This document shows, one piece after another, positions 1 to 10,513 of a DNA stretch of 64,000 bases. The position numbers and the translations under genes are program-made. Each line of letters begins with the position of its first letter. Within the stretch, counting starts at the first letter, position 1. Origin of the DNA: Sedimentisphaerales bacterium (GTDB taxonomy: Bacteria; Planctomycetota; Phycisphaerae; Sedimentisphaerales; Anaerobacaceae); contig OY970194.1 of the NCBI GenBank assembly GCA_963708075.1, positions 5,920,001-5,984,000 on the forward strand. The letters run 5' to 3'. Under the pieces are notes generated by a model, which saw only the letters and a program-made list of their open reading frames with translations, was not told the origin of the DNA and did not search any database.

Positions 1-613
1 TGCGGGCCATGTGATGCAGGAAACCGTTGGCTTCAATGTCGATGGTGACCAGGTCGCAATCGTCATTGGAGCCCCGCGTAACATCGCAGCGAAACACAGT
101 CCGCACGGCGTCCTGGTTCTCGTCTACGCTTGCCGCGAAGGAGCGAAAGTCCCACGATCCAACGAGATGCTGGGCCGCCGCATGCATGGCCTCGACGGCC
201 AGAGACGTCGGGAAATGCCAGCAAAACCGGATCCGGCGGATCGGACGGAGGCGGCCCGTATAGATGGTGTATCGATAGGCCTTTCGCGTCACATCCCCCA
301 TCACGTCGAAGTCGAGCCCGACCTCCTGTGCGTGCAGGACCACGATGTCCCGCGGCAGATGGTCATTGAGAGCCAGGCAAAGATGGTCTGCCGGGATGGG
401 GTCGGTGGTGCAGATCAGGCCCACCTGTCCCTTGGCATGGACCCCTGCGTCCGTGCGGCTGGACCCTTGTACATGAGTCGCGTGCCGCAGCAGCGAGGTG
501 GCCGCTTCGCAGAGTGTTCCCTGGACGGTCTTGAGGCCCGGCTGGATCTGCCAGCCGTGGTAGTCGGTGCCGTCATAGGCGATGGTCAGCTTGATCTTGC
601 GTCGGGCAGACAT
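1..613 (-). CDS. truA: tRNA pseudouridine(38-40) synthase TruA (3' end runs off the window)
   Basis: Manual translation from ATG at 613: MSARRKIKLTIAYDGTDYHGWQIQPGLKTVQGTL...GSSRTDAGVHAKGQ...DIEANGFLHHMAR. These are the hallmark TruA motifs (YDGxxYxGWQ, RTDAGVHA). Missing from the ORF track because no stop lies in the window. Confidence 0.95.
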   Translation of the reverse strand, partial: MSARRKIKLTIAYDGTDYHGWQIQPGLKTVQGTLCEAATSLLRHATHVQGSSRTDAGVHAKGQVGLICTTDPIPADHLCLALNDHLPRDIVVLHAQEVGLDFDVMGDVTRKAYRYTIYTGRLRPIRRIRFCWHFPTSLAVEAMHAAAQHLVGSWDFRSFAASVDENQDAVRTVFRCDVTRGSNDDCDLVTIDIEANGFLHHMAR

Positions 614-704
614 GGTGGGAGACTACCAGAGGCCACACCCGAGTCCAAGCGAAAAAGACCTTATCATCGTGCGGGTGTCTGTGCAGGTTCTTGGGCATTG
701 TGCC

Positions 705-787
705 GGGTGGCAACGGCAAGCGTCGGCTTGCCGTTGGCTCCTCAGATGCGTAGCACCATCGGCAAGCTCCGCTTGCTGCTGCCACCC
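705..787. repeat. Palindromic REP-like element (GGGTGGCA...TGCCACCC family)
   Basis: Terminal inverted GGGTGGCA/TGCCACCC with internal GGCAAGC/GCTTGC hairpins. Related copies at 31639-31730 and 51336-51415. Confidence 0.7.
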
Positions 788-912
788 ATCACTGGCCCTC
801 TGGAGAAGGCCCGATCGAGGCTTCCGGAGGACTGCCCTTTTATTCTCACAGACACTCGTGCGAGACGGGACTTGTTGCCGTGCTTTTGCGCTGTGGTTGT
901 CGCGGCATTGGT

Positions 913-2883
913 TTACGATGAGACGGTCTGGACGGTGCACTGGGGGATGGCGGCGAGGAACTGGCGGCCGTAGGGCTTGGTGGCGATCCGGCTGTCGAGG
1001 ATGACCACGATGCCGGTATCGGTCTTGGTGCGGATGAGCCGGCCGAAGCCCTGCTTGAACTTGAGAATCGCCGACGGGAGCTGGTAGTCGGCGAAGGGAT
1101 TGCCTCCCTGCTCGCGGATTTGTTCGAGCCGGCCGGCCAGCAGGGGCTGGTCGGGCACGGCGAACGGCAGCCGGACAATGATCACGTTGGACAACGCCTC
1201 GCCCGGCACGTCCACACCCTGCCAGAAGCTGTCGGCCCCGAACAGCACGCTGCGATCCTTCGTCTTGAAGTGCTCCAGGAGGACCCGCCGGTCGAATTCC
1301 GCGCCTTGCTGCAGCAACCGCAGGTTGTTCTTGGTGAACCAGTCTCGCAGCGCCTCGGCGACGTCGTCAAGCATCTGGTAGCTGGTGAACAGGACGAACG
1401 CTCTGCCGGCCGTCTTGAGCAGGTACTTCTTGAGCACCTCGCAAGCGCCGTCAATGAACTCGGGTGTATTCGGGTTGGGAAGGTCCTTCTCAATGTACAG
1501 CGTGACCTGCTTGCGGTAATCGAAGGGCGAGTCGAGACGCAAGCCGTCGAAATCAGCCAGACCCGTCCGGCTCGCGAAGAAGCCGAAGCCGTCGCCGGTC
1601 CCGCTGCCCGTGCTCAGGGTAGCGCTGGTCAGGATCACCGGCGCGTACTTCTCGAAGAGATGGTGTCGCACGTCAGGACCGACGTTCACCGGCGCCGCCC
1701 GCAGATGCACGGACGCTCTGCCTTTCTCGCTCGCCTCCACCCAGTACACCCGCTCGTCCTGCTCCTGGACTAGGAACGCGCCCAGGTCCTGCGCCAGTCC
1801 ATCGCACTGGCCGCCGGCTCGGACAAGCTCGAATTTCTCGTCCTCATCCTCCGCACTTGCAGCCAGCCCTTCGAGGTTCTTTCTCAAGTCCCGCAGGTAC
1901 GGCGAAAGTGTATCCTCGATAAATTCCCTGTCACATCGCCCGTTGGTCTCGGACTTCGTCTGGTCGTACCAGGCGCGAATACGCCGGAAGAACGCGGCGG
2001 ACTCCCGGCTGGTTCTGGAGACGAGATCGGTGGCATCGGTGCCGGCGCCGTGGGCGAGAAGGCCCTTGTGCGTTCGCGAGTTGTAGAGGCTGTCGAGGAG
2101 GAACTTGATTCTGCTGTTGCTGACGTTGATGCCGAAGTGCTCCTCGGCGGCCCGCTCGATGTTGTGCGCCTCGTCGATGACGACATACCGGTACGCCGGC
2201 AGGAAATCGACGTCCTTATCCTTCAGCACGAGATCGCTGAACAGCAGGGCGTGATTGGCCACGATCAGATTGGCGTCCTTCCAGCGTTTTCTCGCTTTGC
2301 CATAGAAGCAGTCGCGGAAGTGGGTACAACCTCGCCCGCGGCAGTTGCCGTGCTCGCTTCGGACGGCGTCCCACGTACGGCCGTCCGGCAGGAAGGGCAG
2401 ATCGCTGAGCGAGCCATCCTTCGTTATACCGGCCCAATCGCGAATCCTGTCCAGCTCCTCGCCGGCCGGGCCGAAGAGCCACCGCTGTGTCCTCAGGGCG
2501 AAATCGAGCCGCCGTTTGCAGAGATAATTGCTCCGGCCCTTGGCGAGCACGGGCTTGAACGGCTGCGGCAGGCAGCGCGACAGGAACGGAATATCCTTAT
2601 TGAAGAGCTGCTCCTGCAGCGTGATCGTGAACGTGCTGACGAGGGCCTTTTCGTCGGTCTCCGCAATCTGCTGGATCAGAGGCACGAGATAGGCGAAGCT
2701 CTTGCCGACACCGGTCCCCGCCTCGACTGCGAGGTGCCTGCCCTTGGTGAACGCCTGCCGGATAGCCGCAGCCATCTGCATCTGCTCGCGGCGGACCTCG
2801 TAGCCGGACAGAGAACGGGCGACAGGCCCATTTGGGCCCAACACATTCTCTGCATCCATAGCCTGGTTTTGCTGTGCCATCAT
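913..2883 (-). CDS. dinG: ATP-dependent DNA helicase, DinG/YoaA family
   Basis: Q motif (YEVRREQ), EAGTGVGKS Walker A, KGRSNYLC and further Fe-S cysteines, DEAH box, SATL, QGFGRLIR motif VI. Start placed at MMAQQ (approximate). Confidence 0.9.
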   Translation of the reverse strand: MMAQQNQAMDAENVLGPNGPVARSLSGYEVRREQMQMAAAIRQAFTKGRHLAVEAGTGVGKSFAYLVPLIQQIAETDEKALVSTFTITLQEQLFNKDIPFLSRCLPQPFKPVLAKGRSNYLCKRRLDFALRTQRWLFGPAGEELDRIRDWAGITKDGSLSDLPFLPDGRTWDAVRSEHGNCRGRGCTHFRDCFYGKARKRWKDANLIVANHALLFSDLVLKDKDVDFLPAYRYVVIDEAHNIERAAEEHFGINVSNSRIKFLLDSLYNSRTHKGLLAHGAGTDATDLVSRTSRESAAFFRRIRAWYDQTKSETNGRCDREFIEDTLSPYLRDLRKNLEGLAASAEDEDEKFELVRAGGQCDGLAQDLGAFLVQEQDERVYWVEASEKGRASVHLRAAPVNVGPDVRHHLFEKYAPVILTSATLSTGSGTGDGFGFFASRTGLADFDGLRLDSPFDYRKQVTLYIEKDLPNPNTPEFIDGACEVLKKYLLKTAGRAFVLFTSYQMLDDVAEALRDWFTKNNLRLLQQGAEFDRRVLLEHFKTKDRSVLFGADSFWQGVDVPGEALSNVIIVRLPFAVPDQPLLAGRLEQIREQGGNPFADYQLPSAILKFKQGFGRLIRTKTDTGIVVILDSRIATKPYGRQFLAAIPQCTVQTVSS

Positions 2884-3002
2884 AGCGCGACTCCGCATGT
2901 GAGACGATGGAATGGTAAAGGAGTATGGTGAATAGTTCAAGCGCGAATCATGGAATCGTGTGCCCACGCAATCGCAGGTTTGGTAACTGGGTTCGGGGCA
3001 AC

Positions 3003-5513
3003 CTACGGTACCTTTGGAAGAGTGGATTTCAGCAAGACGAACTCGAACTCGTACACATCCCGGAGTTGGGGGTCGGGGATCACGTCGCCGGTGATGCCCA
3101 TTTGCCTATCGGTGAATCGGGAGGCGAACCCGATCACGGTTACGGCGCCCTGGCCGTGATTGATGGTGGAGGCGACGGAGGCGGCGCCGAGGCGGATCAG
3201 GGGCATGCCGCCCTTGATCTCGCAGGCAGAATCGACGGCAATGCCGGGCCAACCCTGGGGAACTGCCAACTGGCCGGTAAGCGGTGTGGTGTGGTCCACG
3301 CTGAGCTCGAAGGGGTGCAAAAGCTGGTTCGCCGTCGACTGCGTGTTGGCGGGTGAATCGAGAATGAGCACTCTGCCGCCCGCGAAGACGTAATTGCCCA
3401 GGGCCGTGCGAAACTCCGGGCTGACCGGCCCATTCGGGTGCATGAAGACGATCATGTCCCCGGCGAACACGTCGTTTCCCTGCCGACGAGATGTGAAGCA
3501 GCCCAGCCGGAGGATCCACCGCTCGAAAATACCGAAGCCGGTCTGCTCGCCTCCGATGAAGCCGCTCGTCGAGAGCGGCGCGTCACAGACGGTGCGGTCG
3601 ATCACGACGTGCGTAAAGGGTCGAGCGGCCTTGGGCAGAGGATACGCAGCCTGGTGCATGGCTCGAACGCTCACAACGCCCAGGCTCCAGCCGAGCAGGG
3701 CGCCGCCGAGCAGCACCAGTCGGGAGCCGGGCCATCTGTTGCCCGTTGCGAGGGCCGCTCCGCCGAGCAGCACTCCGAGTATGAGCAGCAACGGCCGCAG
3801 GTCGGCAGATGCGTTGCGGTGATTCAGCCATTCGAGCATGCCGAGCATCAACTCGGCCTTGCCCGGCTCGAACGTCGAGAAGTTCGAGAAGATCGTCGAA
3901 TCGCCGAATGCCGCGACCCGGCCGGTCCCGCGGCGCGTGGTCCATAGCTGAATGAACGCCCCATAGCGAGCCTCGGCGCGGTCCTCCACCTGCGGGTAGA
4001 AGTTGCTCGCATGATAGTCCGAGGGCAGATTTCTCAGGCCTGTGGCCCGCATGGCCGCCCGGCCGACGCTGAAGCCCGGATCGATGGAGCAGGAAACGGC
4101 GAAATCCATTGGCGGCATGCTCTGAGTGATCGGGTGCGGCACCAGAGGGGGCGTATAGAGCTGGCGGAATACCCTGTCGATGTCGAACACGCAGTCGTAT
4201 CGGAACCGCAAGCCGAACCGCTCGGCGATGTCGTTGAGATGGACCCCGGTCTGGAAGACGTTCGTGTGCTCGCCAACGAGCAGCAGGCCGCCGCCATTTC
4301 GCACGAATTGCTCGATGATGCCAATTTCATCAGGACCGTAGCGGGAGGTCGGGACTTTGGCGACGAGGACGTCGCAGTCCTTGAGGGCATTGGTGTCGAT
4401 AGGCGTCGTCAGACGGGCCATCGTGTAAAAGCGGGAGCAATAGTCGTAAATGCAGGCATAGTTGTATCCTGACTCCTGGCCGTACCAGTTCGTATCATAA
4501 GGCCGGTCGGTTCGCTCCCAGGTGGAATGATATTCATCGACCACGATTCGGCCCTGTTTGCGCGGGCCGGCCGGGTCGGACAATATGGCCATCGTAATCA
4601 GCAGCAGGGCGGCGTAGCTCAAAGCCGTGGATATGACGCGCCGCGACAATCTTGCACGAGACACGATGATGTAGTCCGGCTGCCTGGCCGGTCGTGGCCG
4701 GACAAATCGCATGGCGAGCAGGGCCGGTCCCGCCAGCAAGACCAGGTGCAGCCATGGGCTCCAGAACTGGGTCATCGGCGTCAGCGGCTCGCTATATTCC
4801 GTCCGCAGCGTCCGATGCACAAGCAGGGCGATCAGCAGCCCGCTGCGAACGGGCAGCCACAGAGCGACCGGAACCACGAGACTGGCGAGAAGCTTCAACA
4901 GGCCCCTCCGGCCTCCCGCCTGACCGCCGGCTGCTGCGATCAGGTACAGCAGGGCCATGCCGCCGAGCAGGAAGCACCAGGTGACAGGATCGAGCAGCAG
5001 CTCCCACGTGGCGCCGAGATTGTGCACCCGCCGCATGGAATGAATCGCAATGGTCGTGCCGTCCAGAGCCGCATCGATCCCGAGAAGCCGTGTCAAGCCG
5101 TAGAGCGGATAGGCGAGAAACGACGGCAACTCGTGCGACTTTGCCGTGACGCTTTCGTAGAGTAGGATTCCGACCGATTGCACGATGAGGATTGCGCCGG
5201 CCGCTACGCCCGCGGTGCCGAGTTGGGCAGGCCATCGGCGGGGGATCGGCGCCATGGAAAGCAGGGCCCCGATGAACACGAGCAGGACTCCCGCACGATA
5301 AGGCCAGGGCGCCAGCCAGAGCGCCGGAACCAGCAGGGCCGCCACAGCGATCCACTCGCCGCGCGAGGCCCGGGGCAGATCCACGCCGGTCAGCAACAAC
5401 GTGCCGACTGCCACGAGCGCAGCCCACGCCGGCCAGTCGGCCTGGTGATAGTAGCTCAGCCCGAACAGCCACGAAGCGCTCAACAAGGCTAAGGCGATCC
5501 ATGCGCGTTTCAT
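3003..5513 (-). CDS. Multi-pass membrane protein with GATase-like/DUF4350-type soluble domains
   Basis: Many hydrophobic helices, then VVDEYHS...FVRNGGGLLLVGEHT...GRVAAFGDS. Its ATG overlaps the upstream stop (ATGA at 5510-5513). Confidence 0.65.
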   Translation of the reverse strand: MKRAWIALALLSASWLFGLSYYHQADWPAWAALVAVGTLLLTGVDLPRASRGEWIAVAALLVPALWLAPWPYRAGVLLVFIGALLSMAPIPRRWPAQLGTAGVAAGAILIVQSVGILLYESVTAKSHELPSFLAYPLYGLTRLLGIDAALDGTTIAIHSMRRVHNLGATWELLLDPVTWCFLLGGMALLYLIAAAGGQAGGRRGLLKLLASLVVPVALWLPVRSGLLIALLVHRTLRTEYSEPLTPMTQFWSPWLHLVLLAGPALLAMRFVRPRPARQPDYIIVSRARLSRRVISTALSYAALLLITMAILSDPAGPRKQGRIVVDEYHSTWERTDRPYDTNWYGQESGYNYACIYDYCSRFYTMARLTTPIDTNALKDCDVLVAKVPTSRYGPDEIGIIEQFVRNGGGLLLVGEHTNVFQTGVHLNDIAERFGLRFRYDCVFDIDRVFRQLYTPPLVPHPITQSMPPMDFAVSCSIDPGFSVGRAAMRATGLRNLPSDYHASNFYPQVEDRAEARYGAFIQLWTTRRGTGRVAAFGDSTIFSNFSTFEPGKAELMLGMLEWLNHRNASADLRPLLLILGVLLGGAALATGNRWPGSRLVLLGGALLGWSLGVVSVRAMHQAAYPLPKAARPFTHVVIDRTVCDAPLSTSGFIGGEQTGFGIFERWILRLGCFTSRRQGNDVFAGDMIVFMHPNGPVSPEFRTALGNYVFAGGRVLILDSPANTQSTANQLLHPFELSVDHTTPLTGQLAVPQGWPGIAVDSACEIKGGMPLIRLGAASVASTINHGQGAVTVIGFASRFTDRQMGITGDVIPDPQLRDVYEFEFVLLKSTLPKVP

Positions 5514-8174
5514 GATCCCGCCTCCTTGTTTGACTCGCCCGGCGTCGGGGTCGCCTCGCTGCTCCGCAGCATGGGCGGGATCCACATCGGCTCGCCACGG
5601 ATCATAGTGAACAGCCAGCGCCAGAAATCGGCGTTCTCCCGCAGACCCTCGAAAGGCGCTCCGCTCTCATATTCGAGGTTCATATTCGTCGCAAAGCACG
5701 TGTCGCCGATGAGCAGGACTCTGCCTGCCCCGAAGCGGCGCATGATGATCACAGGCTGATCGTCCCGCCCGCGTGCTATCACCTTCGCATCCGGATCATT
5801 GGTGGCGACGGGCCATGCGGCGTGAAATCGCACATACACCCGCTTACCTTCGGATTCCAGGTACGGCGACTTGAAATATCCCAGGGGCTCGGGTTCGAGC
5901 GAGCTGTTCTGCGGCGAACCCACCCGCAATCCGAAGGCATTCAGCATCGCTTCGCAGGGCGTTCGCTGCTCGTATCCAGTCGTCAGGAGGAGAGTGCCGC
6001 CATTGCTCACGAAAGCTTTTGCCGTCTCGACCTCTTGCGGCGAGAAGGCGCGGGCCGGTGCGATGGAGATCAGCAGACCCGCACGTTCGAGCCGTTCGGG
6101 TGTGAACTCGGGCAGATCGAGCGTCAGGTAGCCGTTTCGCATGAGCGTCAGGGCAAGTCCTCCGATCCCCTCCGGCCGCCACGATTCGCTGCTGTACGCC
6201 TCGACGTGCGATGTGTCGATGTAGGCCAGATTGTTGGGCTTGCTGCGGCGGCCGTCGGGCAGAAGATTCGCCTTTCCTTGATTTGCGAGGGTGCATGCGA
6301 CGAGTGAGACGGTCAGGCCGATGGCCACGAGAGATGCCTTCCAGGGTCCGGGCCGGCGGCTCACGAGGACCATGAGACTCGCGCCTGCAAGCAAGGCGAG
6401 GACCTGTCGCCAGGCCGCGTGCGTGCTTACGGCGCCGTTGGCGAGATAGGCAAACAGTCGCGAGGTGAACTGATAGGATGAGACACTGATGGCGTTGGTC
6501 AGGCCGGAGGTATCGCCAAATGTCATGACCCGGCCCTTCCCCAACGGCTGCTCGGCGGCCAGCAGGACGTCGCCGAGCTTCTCGCCGGGGTCGTACCGGT
6601 CATTGCCCATCATGCCCCTTTCGCTGGCCTCGTCACCGTCGTCGGTCCAGCCCCATCGTCCGATCAGAAGCGGCCGGGCGGGCCAGTGGGCGATGACCGA
6701 CGCCCCGATGACTACGCCGAACTGGTTCTGGTCATCGGCGATGCCTGCCGTCGCGGGGTGGTTGAGGACCTCGTACGATTGCAGCCAGCCGCCGACGGCG
6801 AACGTGGCGGAATCGAACCGGACTCGCATGGCCGTCGGGGCCAGAATCTCGTTGAACCGATTGCTGCCGTTGGGATCGCAGGTCGTGTGTTCGCCGAGCA
6901 CGAGCAGCGAGCCGCCGCGACGGACGAAATTGTGGATGCGCTCCACCTGGCCCTCCCGCCACGGGTCGTCGGGGAAGATGAGCACGAGGACATCGGCGTC
7001 ATTTACATCCGCGTCGGAAAGGTCGGGCGAGATGAGGCACTTGGCTCCGAGGCTCTCCATCAGAACCGGGAGCATTCCGTACATGCCGCTCGACAGCCTG
7101 CCATACGAGTCATGCGTCGGCTTGAGCCAGTTGAGAAATCCCTTCTCGTAGAAGACGATCTTCTTGCCCTGCAGGTCCAGCCGGCCGGGCGCGAACGTGG
7201 CCACAAAAGGCAGCAGCACCGCCGCAAGGACCGCCGCCAGCGCGAGTGCGAGGCGACGGCGCGACCCGGCATCGGGTGCCATGCTTACGCTTGCGTAAGC
7301 ATGCTCTACGGCTTGTGTGTTTTCGTCACTCTCGCCCGCCCGCGCCGACCAGCGGAACATGGCCGCGATGATCAGCGCGTGAATGCCGCATGCGATCGCG
7401 GGAAGATTCCACGGGACCGCTTTGTGAATGAATTGCAGGAGGGGACTCGACTCGTTGGCGCCGGCAGCGGGCTGGGGGAAGGCCGCCAGGAAATCGGGGA
7501 CATAAGACAGAAGAACAAGGTAGACCAGATGCCCGCCGAAGATGGCAAGAAAGCCGTAGATCGCTCGGGCCACACGCGGCGGTTCTCGTGCAGGGCAAGT
7601 AAATCGCCCAGACGGCGCTCGTGAGAATCAGAAAATCGAGACCTGCAAACGCGGAGCCGGTCCAGAGCGGCCGGCCGGTGATCCAGCCTGTTGCGGCTCC
7701 GAGACTCCTGCCGATGAAGTCCGCCGCAAGCCAGAGCCACGGGATCGACGTGACGGCGAAACGATAGATGCCAAATACGGCGACCGCGGCCGATGATGCC
7801 AGGAGAACATCCTTGCTGCGTCCGGCCGATACGAAGGCGAGGAACGCCAGGACCACAGCCACGGCCATCGTGTTCGCCGCAGGTGGGGATAACGCGATCA
7901 TGCCAACGGCCGCGCCGAGAATCAGCGGCAGAATCGCCGGCACTGCTCTCGGCCTGACGCCTCCAATCGGCCATCGCACGAGGACGGCGACAATCAGGAA
8001 CAGCAGCGTCAACGCCCGGCGTAATGGATGCGCCAGCAGACCCGCCGAGCCGGCCGCCACCCAGGCCGCGATCAGCCCCGCCAGGACAGCCACGACCGCG
8101 GCAGAAAGGTCCGTGGAGCAACGCGGGCGAGCACCGTTTGCGGGCTCAACATGTCTTTCTTCGCAACCAGCCAC
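5510..8174 (-). CDS. Multi-pass membrane protein with two GATase-like/DUF4350-type domains (frameshift at ~7583)
   Basis: ORFs 7326..8174 (TM helices) and 5510..7573 join if one A is removed from GAGAACC (..CTRPPRVARAIYGF..). Contains FVRRGGSLLVLGEHT and FVSNGGTLLL motifs. Confidence 0.65.
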
Positions 8175-8236
8175 GTGCGCATTATGGCGGAAACCGCCGC
8201 AGAAGGCAATCGGAAACGGTGGGGGCCAGCCAAGGA

Positions 8237-8635
8237 GGGTGCGGTCGGCATACGGTGGCGGATTCGGATTCCAGCCGACACAAGAGCGCAGCCCAGTCTT
8301 CTTTCGCCCCTACGGGGCTTTGAGATAGGATTGACTATCGTACCCACCGTTGAAACGGTGGGCTAGTGTCGATCGCCCCCGTGGGGCGGACGGGCCGACG
8401 CAAGAGGACTGGAGCGAAGTCCAAGCCCGCAGGGCGATAGCCAATAGCCGCAACGCCTGCGGGATAATGATCAACCCGTCCGGGCGCAGTTCAAGCCCGG
8501 AGGGCGATAGAGAATAGCCCAGCGATTGATCGCTGGGGAACCGGGGCCGAGGACAAAAGCCAGTCCCGTAAGGGACGAAAGAGGCGCAGTCCGCACACGG
8601 CGGCCACACGCCGCCACCGAATTCCGACCACACCC
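8237..8635. mobile_element. MITE-like non-autonomous element, copy 1 (399 bp)
   Basis: ~25-bp imperfect terminal inverted repeats (GGGTGCGGTCGGCATACGGTGGCGG / CCGCCACCGAATTCCGACCACACCC). Flanked by a perfect 9-bp direct repeat AGCCAAGGA (8228-8236, 8636-8644). Near-identical copy at 48644-48972. Confidence 0.85.
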
Positions 8636-8844
8636 AGCCAAGGATGTCTACAGGATTTCAGGGTATTGAGGATGGGTGGCCGCGGCCACCCGCCGCTTGC
8701 CCCTCGATCGCTGTTTTCTGTTGCACACTCAGGCAGCGGTATCCGGCTGCATTCGCGCGTTGGCTTGTCATCTTGGCGGCGATGCTGTACAATCGCGTCT
8801 CAATAGGATTGTCACACGATCAGACATCTTTAGCCGGAGTAGAC

Positions 8845-10368
8845 ATGACCTCTGTACGCGAGCTTCCCCAGCGATGCATAAGCTATGCAGCCATTCCTCT
8901 ACTTGTGGTGGCGATTGCCTGCGGCGAGGACCGGCCGCAATGGGGCGAGCGGTTCTCCCGCAATATGGTGTCGCCGGAGAAGGGATTGCCCGCGAAGATC
9001 GACCCGGCGAATGCCTCGGGCGTCAAGTGGGTAGCCAAGCTCGGGACCCAGACCTGGTCCACGCCCGTGATCTCTGGCGGTAAGGTGCTGATCGGCACGA
9101 ACAACGACGTGCCCCGCGACCCGCGCAACCAGGGCGATCGGGGCGTGCTCATGTGCTTCAATGAGAAGGACGGCAGCTTCTGCTGGCAGTTGACCGCCCC
9201 CAAGCTCTCCGACGACATCTACAAGGATTGGCCCCAGGTCGGCATGGTGTCGCCGGCGACCGTGGAGGGGGACCGCGTCTATATGGTCACCAACCGGGGC
9301 GAGGTGGTCTGCCTCGACCTCGACGGTATGGCTAACGGCAACGACGGACCCTACCAGGACGAGGGCCGGCACATGGTCCCGCCGGACGCCAAGCCCCTGG
9401 AACCTACAGGCACGGATGCCGATATCCTTTGGCTCTTTGACGTCCCCATCGAGTGCGGCGTCTATCCGCATGACGGTGCTCACGGTTCAATCTTGATTCA
9501 TGGGCAGTTCCTCTACGTCAATACGAGCAGCGGCCTGCACGGCTCGCATAAGGAGATCCGCTCTCCCGACGCCCCGAGCCTGATCGTGCTCGACAAGGCC
9601 ACAGGTCAGCTCGTCGCCCGCGAGAGTGAAGGCATCGGACACAAGATCTTTCATTCCACCTGGTCGTCGCCCGCGCTCGGCGAGGTGAACGGCAGAACGC
9701 TCGTCTTCTTCTGCGGCGGCGATGGCGTCTGCTACGCCTTCGAGCCCGTGACCGCCGTGCCCCCGAAAGGCACCGTGCCAAAGCTCAAACTGGTCTGGCG
9801 ATTCGACTGCGACCCGACCGCGCCCAAGGAGAATATCCACGACTACATCCGCAACCGCCAGGAGAGCCCCAGCAATGTCAAGAGCATGCCGGTGTTCTAT
9901 AAGAACCGCCTGTACGTCACCGTCGGCGGGGATATCTGGTGGGGCAAGGAGAAGGCGTGGCTCCAATGTATCGACGCGACCGGGACCGGCGACATCACCA
10001 AGACCGGCCTGCTCTGGTCGTACCCTGTGAACGAGCACTGCTGCTCTACGCCATCGATCTGGAATGGGCTGGCGTTCGTCGCCGACTGCGGCCGCTACGT
10101 GCACTGCGTGGACGCCGAGACGGGCAAGCCCTACTGGACCCACGATTGCGAGGGCGAAATCTGGGCCTCGACCCTCGTGGCCGACGGCAAGGTCTATATC
10201 GGCACCCGGCGGGGACAACTCTGGGTCTTCGCCGCGAGCAAGGAAAAACAGGTCCTGTGCTCCGTCAGGCTGGACAGTCCCATAGACGCCAGCCCCGTCG
10301 CCGCCAACGGTACGCTCTACATCACCACCATGAGGAGCCTCTACGCCTTCCGAAGCCCGACGCCGTGA
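8845..10368 (+). CDS. PQQ-binding-like beta-propeller repeat protein (secreted)
   Basis: Signal-like N-terminus followed by DRPQWG, then repeated STPxxxxGxV/W propeller blades. GGAG RBS before ATG 8845. Confidence 0.85.
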   Translation: MTSVRELPQRCISYAAIPLLVVAIACGEDRPQWGERFSRNMVSPEKGLPAKIDPANASGVKWVAKLGTQTWSTPVISGGKVLIGTNNDVPRDPRNQGDRGVLMCFNEKDGSFCWQLTAPKLSDDIYKDWPQVGMVSPATVEGDRVYMVTNRGEVVCLDLDGMANGNDGPYQDEGRHMVPPDAKPLEPTGTDADILWLFDVPIECGVYPHDGAHGSILIHGQFLYVNTSSGLHGSHKEIRSPDAPSLIVLDKATGQLVARESEGIGHKIFHSTWSSPALGEVNGRTLVFFCGGDGVCYAFEPVTAVPPKGTVPKLKLVWRFDCDPTAPKENIHDYIRNRQESPSNVKSMPVFYKNRLYVTVGGDIWWGKEKAWLQCIDATGTGDITKTGLLWSYPVNEHCCSTPSIWNGLAFVADCGRYVHCVDAETGKPYWTHDCEGEIWASTLVADGKVYIGTRRGQLWVFAASKEKQVLCSVRLDSPIDASPVAANGTLYITTMRSLYAFRSPTP

Positions 10369-10513
10369 CTGAAGTAGGGCGAGCGTCCCCGCTCGCCCAA
10401 GGTCGTGCGAGGACGCACGACCTACGCAGAGGTCAGCCTTGACGGGCGTGCTCGCAGCGGTAGGATAATGGCTTGTCGAATCACGTGGTTCTCAGGCATA
10501 AAGGAGGTTAACG

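Noticed and set aside
11..973. 320-aa plus-strand ORF
   Set aside because: Antisense shadow of truA and the dinG 3' end; no recognisable motifs.
2925..2955. Possible SOS/MarR-like box upstream of dinG (ATAGTTCAAGCGCGAATC)
   Set aside because: Weak palindrome with a poor match to the MarR operator, and no LexA motif can be assigned for this lineage from the sequence.
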